Assembly (NCBI GenBank): GCA_032718475.1
Contig: JAUCBJ010009036.1
Location: 11,756-75,755 of the forward strand
Direction: 5' to 3'
DNA length: 64,000 bases
Source of the DNA: Nemertoderma westbladi
Taxonomy: Eukaryota; Animalia; Xenacoelomorpha
Made by a program: the position numbers and the translations under genes. A model generated the notes under the pieces. That model worked only from the letters and a program-made list of their open reading frames with translations, did no database searches and was not told the origin of the DNA. Of the stretch, positions 63,710-64,000 are shown in pieces. Numbering within the stretch: position 1 is the stretch's first letter; every line of letters starts with the position of its first letter.

Positions 63710-64000
63710 GTACAAAAAAGTACAAAAAAATACAAAATAGTACAATATAGTACAGGCCTACCGGTACAAAATAGTACAGTAAAGGTAGTGCAAAAATAGT
63801 ACAAAAGAGTGCAAAAATAGTACAAAAGAGTACAAACGAATGAGAAACGCATACGAAACGTCAAACGTGTATACCAGTCAGCCAGTGTAGACACTACAAC
63901 ACGGGTCCTACTAAATACTACAAAAAGCACAAAAAAGTCAAGAAAAGCACAAAAAAGCACAAAAAAAGCACAAAAAAGCACAAAAAAAGTAAAAAAAAGG
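63710..64000. repeat. A-rich 10-11-bp low-complexity repeats
   Basis: gtacaaaaaag and gcacaaaaaa units. Confidence 0.75.

Overview
Eukaryotic, AT-rich, probably invertebrate-animal DNA dominated by repeats. In order: a 25-bp satellite with higher-order structure (1-10612); an orphan AGC-kinase exon; four exons of an IQCE-like gene (minus strand) whose introns hold a foldback element and an RTE fragment; a Merlin/IS1595-like remnant; an L2-group LINE carrying a 4.3-kb coding tandem array; a BEL/Pao LTR retrotransposon (35318-48297, 1601-bp LTRs, CCGGT TSD); nested DNA transposons (hAT, a 5-bp-TSD TIR element with an SRF-like MADS box, MULE foldback); and a CR1-group LINE interrupted by an RTE copy and a hAT MITE. 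The best candidate for an undescribed system is the BEL element. Its gag-pol is broken, but it keeps an intact 866-aa extra ORF (DEDDy-like 3'-5' exonuclease plus CCHC knuckles). That ORF is flanked by repeated RNA modules with compensatory base changes: six kink-turn/UUCG hairpins and three GAAA hairpins per LTR, and two further module types upstream of the ORF. All calls were made by eye; no searches or folding programs were run.
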